Source of the DNA: a virus
Lineage: Duplodnaviria; Caudoviricetes
Length of the DNA: 64,000 bases
Reading direction: 5' to 3' (one strand)
IMG/VR virus record: IMGVR_UViG_3300021375_000006
Below, one piece after another: positions 24,175-34,912 of this stretch. A model generated the notes under the pieces. The model saw only the letters and a list, made by a program, of their open reading frames with translations. It was not told the DNA's origin and made no database searches. Both the position numbers and the translations under genes were made by a program. How positions within the stretch are numbered: position 1 is the stretch's first letter; each line of letters begins with the position of its first letter.

Positions 24175-25114
24175 GAGGGGCTTTCACCAACTCTCCTTCA
24201 AAGGTAGTTTCTAGTGTAGTAGATACACCAATTTTCATTCTTTCAGCCAATCTATAGATTACCATGAACTTTTTCTCATCCCATGCTTTATAGTCAACTT
24301 CGTGTTGGAAAATCTTACTTAAACCTAAAGTTCTCCAATCTGGTTGCATATAAGGCAATACTTGAATAAATGCTCTATCAAAATCTACTTCTTTTTCTTG
24401 CCTATCTTTAAGATATGAAGTAATCTCTTGCATAACACCAATTGTAGGTGGTTTCATTCTAACTTCACCAGCAGAACGTGTTTTGATTATATAAGTTCTT
24501 TCTTTTTCAGAATAATATCTTTCGATTTCTTCATCAATTTCAGTTGGAACTAAATTCTTAACAGCTAATTCAACGTCAACTTGTTTTTTAGTTTTTTCAG
24601 TTTTACCCTTTAAAACTAATTTGTTTTCTGGCTCAGGAAAGGTAAGATCTCTAATACTTAATAAAACAACAATTCTATCCTCTTCTAAAAGATCTTTCCA
24701 AGAAAGTCTTTTCTTATCTGCAGTTATCTGCATACAAGTTTCAACAATAGAATTTAACTTTTCTTCCATATCGATGTAATTATTTTCATCCATAGTTGAA
24801 AAGTGTCTAATTTCTGCAGCCTTTGCAGATCTAATTTTAATTACAGCATTAGCAGGATAAAATTTACCCTGAGATGGTAATGTAGTTAAATCTAATACAT
24901 GCCATCCTAAAGCAGAATCAGTAGATTGTGCTTTTTCTGGTGTAAAATTACCCATATTAACTTTACCTAAACCACCTTCTGTAATCGCGTCTTCAATATT
25001 TGAAGCCTGTTCATCAGTAGATTCAACCTTAGGGTTGTTAATAGCATCTTTAGCCTCTAGTGCTTTTGCCATCTTTTGCTCTTCCGGAGTCAATTTGTTT
25101 TTGTCTTCGCTCAT
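24110..25114 (-). CDS. baseplate hub / tail assembly chaperone (gp26-like)
   Basis: LTTLPSQGKFY...IKIRSAKAAEI...EDRIVVLLSIRDLTF...VRMKPPTIG. Position between tube and tape measure. Confidence 0.65.
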   Translation of the reverse strand: MSEDKNKLTPEEQKMAKALEAKDAINNPKVESTDEQASNIEDAITEGGLGKVNMGNFTPEKAQSTDSALGWHVLDLTTLPSQGKFYPANAVIKIRSAKAAEIRHFSTMDENNYIDMEEKLNSIVETCMQITADKKRLSWKDLLEEDRIVVLLSIRDLTFPEPENKLVLKGKTEKTKKQVDVELAVKNLVPTEIDEEIERYYSEKERTYIIKTRSAGEVRMKPPTIGVMQEITSYLKDRQEKEVDFDRAFIQVLPYMQPDWRTLGLSKIFQHEVDYKAWDEKKFMVIYRLAERMKIGVSTTLETTFEGELVKAPLEFPGGIKSLFIISDLAGELL

Positions 25115-25116
25115 TT

Positions 25117-25335
25117 TTATTTACTTTTTAAGTTTTTAAGATTTTGTTTAATGTAGGATCTCTGCTCTACAGTTCTCCTATCAAGTTCTAATTGTATAAG
25201 GGATCTGATAAATGCACTCACAGATACAGGACGTCTTTCCTGATCCAGGGCGTCATTCAAAATAACCCTATTAACTTCTCGGACCTCGTCCTCGGTCAAT
25301 AGAACCTGTAGTTTTTTTGTTAGTTTATCACTCAT
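25117..25335 (-). CDS. small hypothetical (ribbon-helix-helix-like)
   Basis: KLQVLLTEDE...VSAFIRSLIQLEL. Confidence 0.6.
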   Translation of the reverse strand: MSDKLTKKLQVLLTEDEVREVNRVILNDALDQERRPVSVSAFIRSLIQLELDRRTVEQRSYIKQNLKNLKSK

Positions 25336-25377
25336 AATCTCTTATTATTAGGATATTATATTATGTTTTTCAAAGTT

Positions 25378-25410
25378 AAAAAAAGAACGTGTTGTTTAGA
25401 CACGTTCTTT
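25378..25410 (-). terminator. intrinsic terminator after the tail tube gene
   Basis: aaagaacgtgt-tgtttag-acacgttcttt with an A-run on the + strand. Confidence 0.75.
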
Positions 25411-25429
25411 ATGATTTAATTCTATTAAA

Positions 25430-25987
25430 TTACGCTAATTCTTCTGAGTAAGTATCACACTTCCAAGTTACATCCATTGCAACTGCGTCAGGTGTTTCGT
25501 AATTTAGATCTGCATTTAAGTTTACACCTGATGTAATGAAACAATCATCTAGTGTTACTTTTCTGTAAATGTCACCTTCTCTGTTGAATTGTACGACAAC
25601 AATAGTACCTACATAATTCTTCTTAAGACCCATTTCGCCAGTTTCAGGGTTATACGCTGCTCTGTACCATTGTCTTAATGTTTTGTATATGTAAGCCTGA
25701 TTCGAATCGTTCAGGTTTAGAGAGAAATTGATCCCAATGTCTAGCGATGTTTGCGCCGGCATACCTGCGAAATTTCTTTCTGCAAATTTATACTTTTGTG
25801 GAACTGCAGCTAGCTCAACGCTCATGCCGTCTAAACCAGTAATTGAATTAACTTGCTGTAAGAGCATCTCTGCACCAGTTACACCTGCTGGAGGTAATAA
25901 TGTTACCTCAAATAGGTTACCTTGTACTGGTTCAAAATTTCTACCCTTCTTTTGAGTTTGGTCCTCTGAATAATGTGGTAAAGCCAT
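25430..25987 (-). CDS. tail tube protein (gp19-like)
   Basis: EPVQGNLFEV...FSLNLN...LRQWY...GTIVVVQFNREG...MDVTWKCD. Directly downstream of the sheath. Confidence 0.85.
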   Translation of the reverse strand: MALPHYSEDQTQKKGRNFEPVQGNLFEVTLLPPAGVTGAEMLLQQVNSITGLDGMSVELAAVPQKYKFAERNFAGMPAQTSLDIGINFSLNLNDSNQAYIYKTLRQWYRAAYNPETGEMGLKKNYVGTIVVVQFNREGDIYRKVTLDDCFITSGVNLNADLNYETPDAVAMDVTWKCDTYSEELA

Positions 25988-26026
25988 ATCTTTTATTTCT
26001 TATTTTATTTATATATCGTTGTTTTA

Positions 26027-28879
26027 TTATGCAAAGTTACCTGTTGCGATCTCTCCTGTATTTAATACAGTTACCCTAGATACTAGAATCTCAAGACCTT
26101 TAACTGGTTCAACGAATGTATCAAGAATACCCATGTTGTTATCGATCACCTCAGTTGTGTTGTTTGAAGTGTCCATGATGTTCTTGTAGTCGTATACACC
26201 ACCATCTTTCTTAACTGATTCCATAAAGTTATCAGCTAAAGTTTTGATTTCTAATCTAGTTTGAGCTGTATTAAACTCGAACAGATAGTTTTTAAGAATT
26301 TCAGCTAAACCATCTTCAATATAGATAAGAACTTCTCTTACGTGTGCTGAAGATAAGGCTGATTGAATTCCTTGTTGTGCAGTTTTATTACCTTTAATTG
26401 TTAAACCAACGCCTCTTTCAAATACGATTGGGTTGTAACCAAATGGTTCAAGTACATCTCTATCATTCTTATCGAATGAGAATTCTAAAGATTGAACACC
26501 TGTTCCACCTACAACACCTCTTCTTGGGCCTGCGATGATTGACCATGGTAATGCATCTAAATATTTGTCAATATAGTTATTTGATACGTAAGCTGCTGGT
26601 GGAATAACTTTAGTTCTACCGTTCTCAATTACATTAAGACCAGGACCGTAGTAGAATGCATAGTTTGCACCTTCATTGATCGATGGTAATGTGTAAAGAG
26701 CTGTTGGGTTTAACTCTAAGTTACCTCCTGTTGCAACGTTATTCACGTCAAATGCACCAGTGATAGCATTTAAGAATGATGGGTTTGTAGAAGCTTTTAA
26801 TTCTTTCACCATTGGTGCGTTAAGAATTGCAGAAGCGTTCTGTCTTTCTTTACATAAGAATGATAATTCTTCTTTGTTTAAGATTCCACCGTTCTCTAAT
26901 GAACCGAATGTATCAACTACATATCTAAATGTAATATTATCTTTATCTACTAAAGCGTTACCTAAACCAGTACCTGGCTTAATTGCTGTTAGTAATTCTG
27001 CAATACTTTTTGCAGTTTGAGTTGCTCCTTCTAATGGGAATGTCTTATAGAATCCACCTGCATCCTCATATCTCTTAAGAGAGTATGATGGTCTTGAAGA
27101 AACTGCTCTATGTGTTTCAAATCTGTAGTAAGTAGTTCCGTTAACAACAGTTTTAACGATCTTTTTAATTCTAGATAGTTTACCACTGTCACCTGGTACA
27201 TACATACCTACTTTAATATCTGAATTCCAAGTTGCATCATTTGAACCTGATAGTGTGAAGATACCTGCACCGTTATCAGTAAATGTCCATCCTTCTGATA
27301 ATGTTGGGAACATTTCTGCTCTTGCATTTGGAGTTAATGTCCATACATCAAATGATGTATTAATAGCAGGAGCGAAAGCTGTTAATGAATTACCAACACC
27401 GCCATATTGAGTGCTAAATGAAAGTCCACCTGCACATGAGATTGTTAATTCACCATCTTCTACAGAAACATTTGAGATAGCAACATACTCACCAGCGTTA
27501 ACTGATTCTAAGAAGTTACCAACTATAATTGATTCGTAAGATGTTGGTGTTGCATCAACTACAATATTACCATCTTCATTAACAATAAAGTTAGCGTTAG
27601 ATGCCCATGGAGCTGGAGTACCTGGATTATATTTTTCATAAGATTTTGAAATAGCACCAGAAGCAACGATTGTTACTTGACCTTCACCATTTGCACCAGT
27701 ACCAGTATTAGTGATACTTTCGATCTTAACATATTCACCTCCAACATAAGCTTCTAAATATTTAGAATCTGTAATACCGTGTAAAGAGGATAAATTAGCT
27801 GCACTTAAAGCAGGATCGTTACCTTGGATAGTTAATGTTGAACCAGCAACTGATACGATACCAGCTTGTGCTGTTAAATCTACGATAGATTCTGCAGCTA
27901 CTTGCTTCACTTTATGAGAAAGAATCTCATAATCTTGGTAGATGTCAAAGTTGTTACCTACTAGATCAATTTGTGGAAGTGCATCTTCTTGTACTGCACA
28001 GAATAAACCAGTTCTTCTAGCCTCCATATTAATTAGAGTCTCGATATACATTTGGTTACCTTCTGCATCAATAAATTCAGGAATTAATGATACACCATTA
28101 TATTGTGCTAACAGAGTTACTTCTCTTAAACCAGCAAACTTAGCGAATTCTGATTTTAATAACCCGTCTTGAGTAAAGTAGTTTCCGTAGTTTGGATCGT
28201 TATTTAATTCAGCAGCATCAAACTTGCCTTTAAATACAAATACATCTACTAGGTAATCTGATACATACTCATCTGCATCAATACCTTCTGGAATATTTGA
28301 TTCACCATACCATTCTCTTGCTGTTAATTCAAAACCTCTAACATCTCCAGCTTGTCTAATGATAACTGTGATTGGATCTTGTTTGATATTAACAAATGAG
28401 ATTGCGTGGTTTGTGTCTTCTGCAGCAGCAGATAAGAGTTTTTCATCTGAAGGATTCCAAAACTTGTCTGTATCAAATACAGCATTAAATTGCTTTGAAG
28501 CAGCATTTGATGCTTGTAATGAATTAGCTGATAAACCTTCTTGCGATGAGTTAGTTGCTGGAGAGAAAATTGATACTCTGTCAGCAATATCTGCAGCAGT
28601 TAGGTTTAATGCTAGAATAGGACCTCTAGATAAAGCTTCAATAGCTGATCTGTGGAAGAACATATTTTTCTTTTCTAAGGACTTGTCTACACCACCGAAA
28701 ACTTGCTTGAATTGCTCTACATCTTCTACTAATACTGGAGTATTGTAAGGACCCTTTTTAGATCTACCTACAACTAGTCTAATAGTTTCTGCAGGGATGT
28801 TAACAGTCTGTGACTTGTCAAACTCTAAGCGATATACGCCCGAGCTTTTGAACTGTAATAATTGAGGACTTAATGCCAT
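26027..28879 (-). CDS. tail sheath protein (gp18-like) with a large internal insertion
   Basis: N-terminal SSGVYRLEFDKS...GRSKKGPYNTP. C-terminal PWSIIAGPRRG...YNPIV...GNKT...VREVLIYIE...YLFEFN. Confidence 0.92.
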   Translation of the reverse strand: MALSPQLLQFKSSGVYRLEFDKSQTVNIPAETIRLVVGRSKKGPYNTPVLVEDVEQFKQVFGGVDKSLEKKNMFFHRSAIEALSRGPILALNLTAADIADRVSIFSPATNSSQEGLSANSLQASNAASKQFNAVFDTDKFWNPSDEKLLSAAAEDTNHAISFVNIKQDPITVIIRQAGDVRGFELTAREWYGESNIPEGIDADEYVSDYLVDVFVFKGKFDAAELNNDPNYGNYFTQDGLLKSEFAKFAGLREVTLLAQYNGVSLIPEFIDAEGNQMYIETLINMEARRTGLFCAVQEDALPQIDLVGNNFDIYQDYEILSHKVKQVAAESIVDLTAQAGIVSVAGSTLTIQGNDPALSAANLSSLHGITDSKYLEAYVGGEYVKIESITNTGTGANGEGQVTIVASGAISKSYEKYNPGTPAPWASNANFIVNEDGNIVVDATPTSYESIIVGNFLESVNAGEYVAISNVSVEDGELTISCAGGLSFSTQYGGVGNSLTAFAPAINTSFDVWTLTPNARAEMFPTLSEGWTFTDNGAGIFTLSGSNDATWNSDIKVGMYVPGDSGKLSRIKKIVKTVVNGTTYYRFETHRAVSSRPSYSLKRYEDAGGFYKTFPLEGATQTAKSIAELLTAIKPGTGLGNALVDKDNITFRYVVDTFGSLENGGILNKEELSFLCKERQNASAILNAPMVKELKASTNPSFLNAITGAFDVNNVATGGNLELNPTALYTLPSINEGANYAFYYGPGLNVIENGRTKVIPPAAYVSNNYIDKYLDALPWSIIAGPRRGVVGGTGVQSLEFSFDKNDRDVLEPFGYNPIVFERGVGLTIKGNKTAQQGIQSALSSAHVREVLIYIEDGLAEILKNYLFEFNTAQTRLEIKTLADNFMESVKKDGGVYDYKNIMDTSNNTTEVIDNNMGILDTFVEPVKGLEILVSRVTVLNTGEIATGNFA

Positions 28880-28936
28880 AATCTTTTAGTTATTATTTTT
28901 TATTCTTTTATTATATATCCTTGTCTTTCTGCAAAT

Positions 28937-30769
28937 TTATTTCAATAGGTCATAAATATCATATTGTAAATCCCCTTGTTGGTCGCTGTCCTTATATAGG
29001 ATTGCTTCCATCTCGTCATGGAGCTCAGGGTCTATGAAATCTAAGATCTCTTCCACGAAGTCTGCATAGTCTGTTGTATTAAAAAATTCAGTTGCAGTGA
29101 TGCAAGTCATTATCACGTCATCATTGCCCATTTGGGCTCCATAACTTCCATTTGGTAAAGTACCAAAAAGACTAGCTTCCGTCACTGTAACTTCATCAGT
29201 TAAATCTAATCTATTTATCTTATACAATTTTGCGAAATTCTGGCAAAAGATAGCTTTATTGTCAGATTTCAGTTTGATACCTGGTTTTAATGACCTTCCA
29301 TCATGTCGGTGTTTAAATTTAACTACCATCTCATCATCGAAATCATTTCTTTGTGGGAATATACTTCTTAGATATTGGAATAGAACTGTACCATAAGTAT
29401 TATACTCTACGATCATCTTTACATTTTCTGGATAGAATATATCTACTGCTAAAGTATACAATACTTTTGCAAAATCTTCAATCACATGTTCATTTGATCT
29501 AAATCTAGCTACTTGTGTAAATTTAAAAAAGTCATACATCGCACCTGGATTAACGACATTTTTAATCTCATTTGAATCCATTGGATTAACCTGAAAGATA
29601 TTAATTACCGATGAGTCACCACCGTTACCTTCTGCAATATCTACAGAGAATACCCAAAAGTTTTCTGTATCTTTACATGTATCAATATCAAAGTCTGGAT
29701 CCCATTCTAAGAAACCTTTTGTGTCAATTGAAATATAATCAAATTCATCAAAGTCGTGATAAACATAAGGCTTCATTCTCTTTCTCATCTTTTTCATATC
29801 GACTGGGTCTAATAGGAGGTTAGATGAGCTGACGAACTCATTTCCATACTGTTTATTAAAGGCTTCAATCGAACCTAGGTTAGCAAGCTCTCTTTCATAC
29901 CATGCCTCATCTCTATCTGGATGTTGCCACCAGTCAATTCTTGTCGCTAGATATTCATTATCACCACGCTCTGCCGCAGCATAGATTTGATAGAACTTAT
30001 TAAATCCATTTGGAGTAGACGTAATTGTTATTCTTGAGACTTTCGATGAGGATAATGTAGGATATACATTCTCATAGAAAGAGTCTGCTATCGATGGATG
30101 AACGTGGGCAAACTCATCTAGGTATAAGTTATGGATTGTAAAACCAATACCAGATTTTGCTGTTGTTGATTGTCCTATTAGACGACAACCATTATCACAA
30201 CGTACATTCATTACATCATATTTAATAATACCAGGTTTCATAAAGAACGGTAAGTTCTCGATTACTGTTTTGGCTTTATCAATAATTTCTTTTGTTGAAT
30301 CAGATTTATTCGCAAGTAATAGAGTATTCTTATCCATATTAAAGGTAACATACCATGCATTAAATATAGATGCGGTTACGGTTTTACCCATTTGTCGAGC
30401 AGCAAGAACAATATTAAATCTATCATTCTGGAAATTCCTCAACATTTCTTTTTGATAATCTCTCAGCTTTACTTGTTGAATACCTTCATCTGTCATTACT
30501 ACTGCATACTTCTCTGCAAAGTAGACGATGTCCTTGGCACATCTGGCCAACTCAGTAATTTCCTCATCAGTATATTCAAATACAATATTACCCTTCTTTA
30601 GAAATTGTCTACCCTCGTAGAATGGTAACTTAATCTTAGGGCGATAACCCTGGTCCATAGCAACCAACAAGTCGTTGATCTGCCTGGTAGACCATACGAT
30701 TCTATCAGACATGGTGGCATCACCCTCTGCTTTTGGAATCCATTTATTATCTCCTACTCCGTCTGACAT
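28937..30769 (-). CDS. terminase large subunit (gp17-like)
   Basis: LRDYQ, ARQMGKT (Walker A), LYLDEFAH (Walker B), ITSTPNG, SVDIAEG, NDDVIM. Confidence 0.97.
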   Translation of the reverse strand: MSDGVGDNKWIPKAEGDATMSDRIVWSTRQINDLLVAMDQGYRPKIKLPFYEGRQFLKKGNIVFEYTDEEITELARCAKDIVYFAEKYAVVMTDEGIQQVKLRDYQKEMLRNFQNDRFNIVLAARQMGKTVTASIFNAWYVTFNMDKNTLLLANKSDSTKEIIDKAKTVIENLPFFMKPGIIKYDVMNVRCDNGCRLIGQSTTAKSGIGFTIHNLYLDEFAHVHPSIADSFYENVYPTLSSSKVSRITITSTPNGFNKFYQIYAAAERGDNEYLATRIDWWQHPDRDEAWYERELANLGSIEAFNKQYGNEFVSSSNLLLDPVDMKKMRKRMKPYVYHDFDEFDYISIDTKGFLEWDPDFDIDTCKDTENFWVFSVDIAEGNGGDSSVINIFQVNPMDSNEIKNVVNPGAMYDFFKFTQVARFRSNEHVIEDFAKVLYTLAVDIFYPENVKMIVEYNTYGTVLFQYLRSIFPQRNDFDDEMVVKFKHRHDGRSLKPGIKLKSDNKAIFCQNFAKLYKINRLDLTDEVTVTEASLFGTLPNGSYGAQMGNDDVIMTCITATEFFNTTDYADFVEEILDFIDPELHDEMEAILYKDSDQQGDLQYDIYDLLK

Positions 30770-30772
30770 TTA

Positions 30773-31432
30773 TTATTCTTCTGTTGGTTCAACGTCTTCA
30801 ATATCCTCTTCTTCAGCAGCTCCGTGTATACCTGCTTGAATTGCAGCCATTAAATCTTTTGTACCTCTTTGGATATTTTTATTACCAGTATCTCCGCCAG
30901 CACCTTTGATTTCAGATTGATTTGCTCTTTGCTGATATATCTCAATATCTCTAGCAATTCTTTTTGTACCCTCTTCTGCTGCCATTAAATACATGGTCTG
31001 AGATTTAATAATATCTAACATTGACTTTTGTAGAGTTGCTAACACCTCGAACATTCTTGGTGCTAATTCGCCAGAGTCAATTGTTTCTAATAGAGTGGTT
31101 AAGGCTTTTTCACCGGCTTGTAGCTGATATATCAAAGATGACATAGTCATCTCATCCATTTGCTTTTTAGCTTTAATATACTCATCTTTTTCAATAATAT
31201 CTGCATCCAGATAGAATTTCATTAAAGAAGTTATAGTTTTTTGTGCCTTCTTTGTTGCACCAGCTTTTAACTCAGTATAATTAACCAGTGGCGCCATGGC
31301 CGTTGGTTTAGCCTGAATAGGCAAATCCTTAGGATCGTTATCAACATCAAGAGGAGAGTCTCCAATTAATGCATCTAATTCCTGCCTAATATCATCTGCT
31401 TGTTCTGCTATTGTTTTTTTCTTTTCACTCAT
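30773..31432 (-). CDS. hypothetical protein, possible terminase small subunit
   Basis: Helical ORF immediately upstream of the large terminase, with PRMFEVLATLQK...SMLD. Assignment by position only. Confidence 0.45.
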   Translation of the reverse strand: MSEKKKTIAEQADDIRQELDALIGDSPLDVDNDPKDLPIQAKPTAMAPLVNYTELKAGATKKAQKTITSLMKFYLDADIIEKDEYIKAKKQMDEMTMSSLIYQLQAGEKALTTLLETIDSGELAPRMFEVLATLQKSMLDIIKSQTMYLMAAEEGTKRIARDIEIYQQRANQSEIKGAGGDTGNKNIQRGTKDLMAAIQAGIHGAAEEEDIEDVEPTEE

Positions 31433-31492
31433 AATATAATATTATATTCTATATATCTAGAAAATTTTATAGCAAAATTTAATGATAAAAAA

Positions 31493-31657
31493 TTAACCAA
31501 GTGGTTCAATGCCGTTAGGTGGCGTAAGGTGGTGTTTAGACTCTGGTTTCCAGTCTTTTAAATAATATTCTCTTAACTTCTTTCCTAGTTCGGAATCGTT
31601 TGGCGTGTCTTCTACAAGTTTCATAACTTGTTTAAATCTATAATATGTGCCGTCCAT
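31493..31657 (-). CDS. small protein (54 aa), paralogue of 57250..57459
   Basis: MDGTYYRFKQVMKLVEDTPNDSELGKKLREYYLKDWKPESKHHLTPPNGIEPLG. Confidence 0.7.
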   Translation of the reverse strand: MDGTYYRFKQVMKLVEDTPNDSELGKKLREYYLKDWKPESKHHLTPPNGIEPLG

Positions 31658-31663
31658 AATTTA

Positions 31664-33628
31664 TTATCGGTTTTGGTTATACTTCCTTAATTGAATAGAA
31701 GGAACTGCATTGTCAATAATCTCTGCTAGGTGACTATCTCTTACAATATATTGCTGTAACATATTTGTATGCTGATCCTTTCCTATTGTTTGGTTAAATA
31801 ATCTAATATTCGTAACGGCTAAATTACCAGGCATTAGCGAATATTGTTTTTGAGTTACCCATCCTTGCGCAGCTGTGATTTCAAAATTGTGATCCATCAC
31901 GTTTTCTAATGTATCTGAAACTGGCATAGATGTTAATTTATTACTATTTGGATTTAGCTTGTATACATTAGCTGAAGTATTTAAGTACTTATTATTTAGA
32001 TTATACACTAAGCCGTACCAATTACCATTAACTGGTGGTGTAGCAAATCCATATTCTAAAATTAAATCATTAATATATGCTTTAATAAAAGTTTGATTTA
32101 CTGTTATTTTTATACCTTTACCTCCTTGCCATCCATCAAATATAGTTTGCTCTTGGGTAGCAGAAGTCATATTAGGTTTGAACCATGTGGTTATTGCTAA
32201 ATTATTAGTATTCGGTAGTTGTGAAAATTTCTTGTATAATAAACATTCAATACCTCGATCTTTTACAGATTCTAAATCATAATGATTTTTTGCAACAATC
32301 GTCCACTTGTTTCTAAGTTCTTTATCTGATATAACTAAACCATTATGAATTCTATCTCTAACTCCATCTCCTACCTCAGAGAATACAGTTTGATATTGTG
32401 TGGATTTAGTAGTTTTTTCAAATTCATCTTTTTGCTCAGCACCAAATACTTCTTCAACACCGGTATAAAGATCATCTAATTGCTGTTCCATTGCTTGACC
32501 CTCAACAGTATCTGTATCTATAATACTTGACGTACGTTCTTCATATTTAGATAACATTAATCTCCAGTAAGTCATGGTCTGATTAAACTCATCAGCAAAA
32601 CTTACAGAAGATACTTCATACATTCTATTCATAATTGGAATGTACATATAGTCTCTAGGCCTTGGATGAATACCTGGTCCAAATGCTGCTTCCATTTGAC
32701 CTTTTGTAATATGGATTTCAAAATCCTCGAAGCCCATTCCAAAAATATCATATTGGAATTCTCTAGTAGGCATCTCATTATCAGGAACCATAATCTTTAG
32801 GTTCCCTTGTTCTTTTACATTATATAGAGAATATTCTTTTAAGATTACATCTCTAGATCTCTGATCAGGTTCAACTCTAAAATACTGAGTATCATGTCCC
32901 CACATATTAGCAGATAATTCACTAATCTCTGAATATATCGAAGTAGGTTTACTTAAATTATATGGATCGTAAATAGGGTCTGAACAATCAATTACTACAT
33001 TTGTACAACCTGCTAGATATGGGTCATCACAATCTGTACAAAGTTGTGGACAAGATTGTATTGTACCGTCTGCTGTTTCTAATTCGAAAGTAACTGAAAG
33101 TAAACTTAAACTATGTAAAGATGAAAGTCTATGAACTTCTGCTTTTACATCAATCCAAAGTGGTTTTGTTGGATCAAAAGTCATACCTAGTAAATCTCTT
33201 GGGCCAATACTATTATTCAAAGGCCTTAACTCCGACATCTGTCCACCATCACTAGAAACGCTATCCTGTGACCATCTGAAATCATAGTTAAAATAATTAT
33301 CTGCGTCTGTATATTCATAAAATTTTACAGCACTTGCAGAAAAACTAGCAGATTCTACAGTAGTAATAACATTTCCTTCAACGCTATTAACCTGAAATAT
33401 TTGAGATCCTGCAATAAACAAATTGCCGGGACTTAAATTAAAATTAGTACCAGTACCAATAATTGTCGTACTACCTTGAGTTATTGCTAAAGTACCTACT
33501 GAATTAGGTGAGTTTACACCCACTAAAATATTCCAAGAAAGAATACGATTAACATTCGTATATGGTTCCTGTAATTTAGCGAAGAAATAATCCCCGATAG
33601 CATTCGCTGTAAAATTTGTTACTGCCAT
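31664..33628 (-). CDS. virion structural protein; gp14-like neck region plus C-terminal LamG/ConA-like domain
   Basis: MWGHDTQYFRVEP...FGMGFEDFEIHI...PRPRDYMYIPIMNRMYEV. C-terminal ITTWFKP...WYGLVY...NIRLFN. Confidence 0.55.
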   Translation of the reverse strand: MAVTNFTANAIGDYFFAKLQEPYTNVNRILSWNILVGVNSPNSVGTLAITQGSTTIIGTGTNFNLSPGNLFIAGSQIFQVNSVEGNVITTVESASFSASAVKFYEYTDADNYFNYDFRWSQDSVSSDGGQMSELRPLNNSIGPRDLLGMTFDPTKPLWIDVKAEVHRLSSLHSLSLLSVTFELETADGTIQSCPQLCTDCDDPYLAGCTNVVIDCSDPIYDPYNLSKPTSIYSEISELSANMWGHDTQYFRVEPDQRSRDVILKEYSLYNVKEQGNLKIMVPDNEMPTREFQYDIFGMGFEDFEIHITKGQMEAAFGPGIHPRPRDYMYIPIMNRMYEVSSVSFADEFNQTMTYWRLMLSKYEERTSSIIDTDTVEGQAMEQQLDDLYTGVEEVFGAEQKDEFEKTTKSTQYQTVFSEVGDGVRDRIHNGLVISDKELRNKWTIVAKNHYDLESVKDRGIECLLYKKFSQLPNTNNLAITTWFKPNMTSATQEQTIFDGWQGGKGIKITVNQTFIKAYINDLILEYGFATPPVNGNWYGLVYNLNNKYLNTSANVYKLNPNSNKLTSMPVSDTLENVMDHNFEITAAQGWVTQKQYSLMPGNLAVTNIRLFNQTIGKDQHTNMLQQYIVRDSHLAEIIDNAVPSIQLRKYNQNR

Positions 33629-33658
33629 ATTAAAAGAGTCTTAACTCTACTATTTTTA

Positions 33659-34327
33659 TTATATATCTGACTCCCAATCGGTGATTAAAAGCATTTCAGG
33701 ATTATCTTGTTCATGGTGTTCTAATGCGTGAATAAATGCATTAGTTACACCTAAAGTTTCAACTGTATTATTCTCAGATTGAAATAAATCTAAAGACTCT
33801 AAAAAGTCTTTTACTCTAAATATACTAAACTTATCTCCTTCTTTTAAAAGACCAGCTCTTACTAATATAGAATTAGATAAATGTAATTCGTGCATATTAA
33901 ATAGATCAAACATACGAATACTTCCTCGTAGTGTTTTAATATCATATTTAATAGTCTTAGCTTGATCTACTGTTACAATTCTATTATAGCTAGAATTTTT
34001 ATTTAGATTAACTTTAATATATTTTAGGTTTGGCATAGTATCAAAAATCTGCCAAATAAAATAAATTGATGTAGCCTCTTTATGTATGTTTATACCACTA
34101 ACAGATTTGAATCTATTAACATCTTTCTTAAAACCATATTCTAAATATTGGAGCATACGGTTTTTACTAACTAATACTACGTCATCATTAGTTTTTTTTA
34201 CCTCACTATCTCTATTTAATATACCCCATAATTTAATATCTATTGAGTTATATTTGTAAAGAGTAATGTCTATGATCTCTGTAAAATAGTCTTCAACTTT
34301 TTGCATAAACTTGTATCTGTTCTTCAA
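33659..34327 (-). CDS. hypothetical protein
   Basis: 222-aa ORF from the track. Confidence 0.7.
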   Translation of the reverse strand: MKNRYKFMQKVEDYFTEIIDITLYKYNSIDIKLWGILNRDSEVKKTNDDVVLVSKNRMLQYLEYGFKKDVNRFKSVSGINIHKEATSIYFIWQIFDTMPNLKYIKVNLNKNSSYNRIVTVDQAKTIKYDIKTLRGSIRMFDLFNMHELHLSNSILVRAGLLKEGDKFSIFRVKDFLESLDLFQSENNTVETLGVTNAFIHALEHHEQDNPEMLLITDWESDI

Positions 34328-34724
34328 TTTTTTTCAAATCAGCGAAAAGATGGTCTTTAGCAAAAAGTTTTAATTCATTAAATTCTCTGCTTCCAATCTC
34401 GTTCTTGTCCATGTACATGGCAACGACCCTTTCACTTGGAATATATTTATCTGCTTTATTTTTAGCAGCCTTTTTGGTTTTAGTATAGAACCAACCTGGA
34501 ACAGATTTGAATCGAGAAGCAACGGTTGCCCAACATTCTACTACATTACCACCATTAATACCATTAATATTAAATAGTTGAGCATTACTAGGATATTTAA
34601 TAGACATAAAACGATTAATCATAAAATGATGTCGCTTCTTTGTGCTATTCTTTAATGTATTATATTGGGCTCTTTTCGTGAACATTATCTTCACGAAGTC
34701 AAATAGTTTAGTTTCGTCTAACAT
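34293..34724 (-). CDS. possible clamp-loader small subunit (gp62-like)
   Basis: LFDFVK...HFMINRFMSIKYP pattern and proximity to gp44. GTAAAC-N17-TATAAT upstream. Confidence 0.45.
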   Translation of the reverse strand: MLDETKLFDFVKIMFTKRAQYNTLKNSTKKRHHFMINRFMSIKYPSNAQLFNINGINGGNVVECWATVASRFKSVPGWFYTKTKKAAKNKADKYIPSERVVAMYMDKNEIGSREFNELKLFAKDHLFADLKKIEEQIQVYAKS

Positions 34725-34753
34725 GTTTATTATATGTTAATAAGTGGTAAAGT

Positions 34754-34912
34754 TTACTTACACCACTCGAGGAATGCCATATTATATGCTTCCTCATAAG
34801 AATATCCTTCTTTTAAAAGTTTATTAGCCCATTTAGTAACTTCGGCTTTTAAGCCATAAGCATTGGCTTCAGCTAGAATTTCTTCAATTAATAAATGTTC
34901 ATCTAAAGTCAT
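34754..34912 (-). CDS. small hypothetical protein (52 aa)
   Basis: MTLDEHLLIEEILAEANAYGLKAEVTKWANKLLKEGYSYEEAYNMAFLEWCK. TAATG coupling. Confidence 0.6.
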   Translation of the reverse strand: MTLDEHLLIEEILAEANAYGLKAEVTKWANKLLKEGYSYEEAYNMAFLEWCK

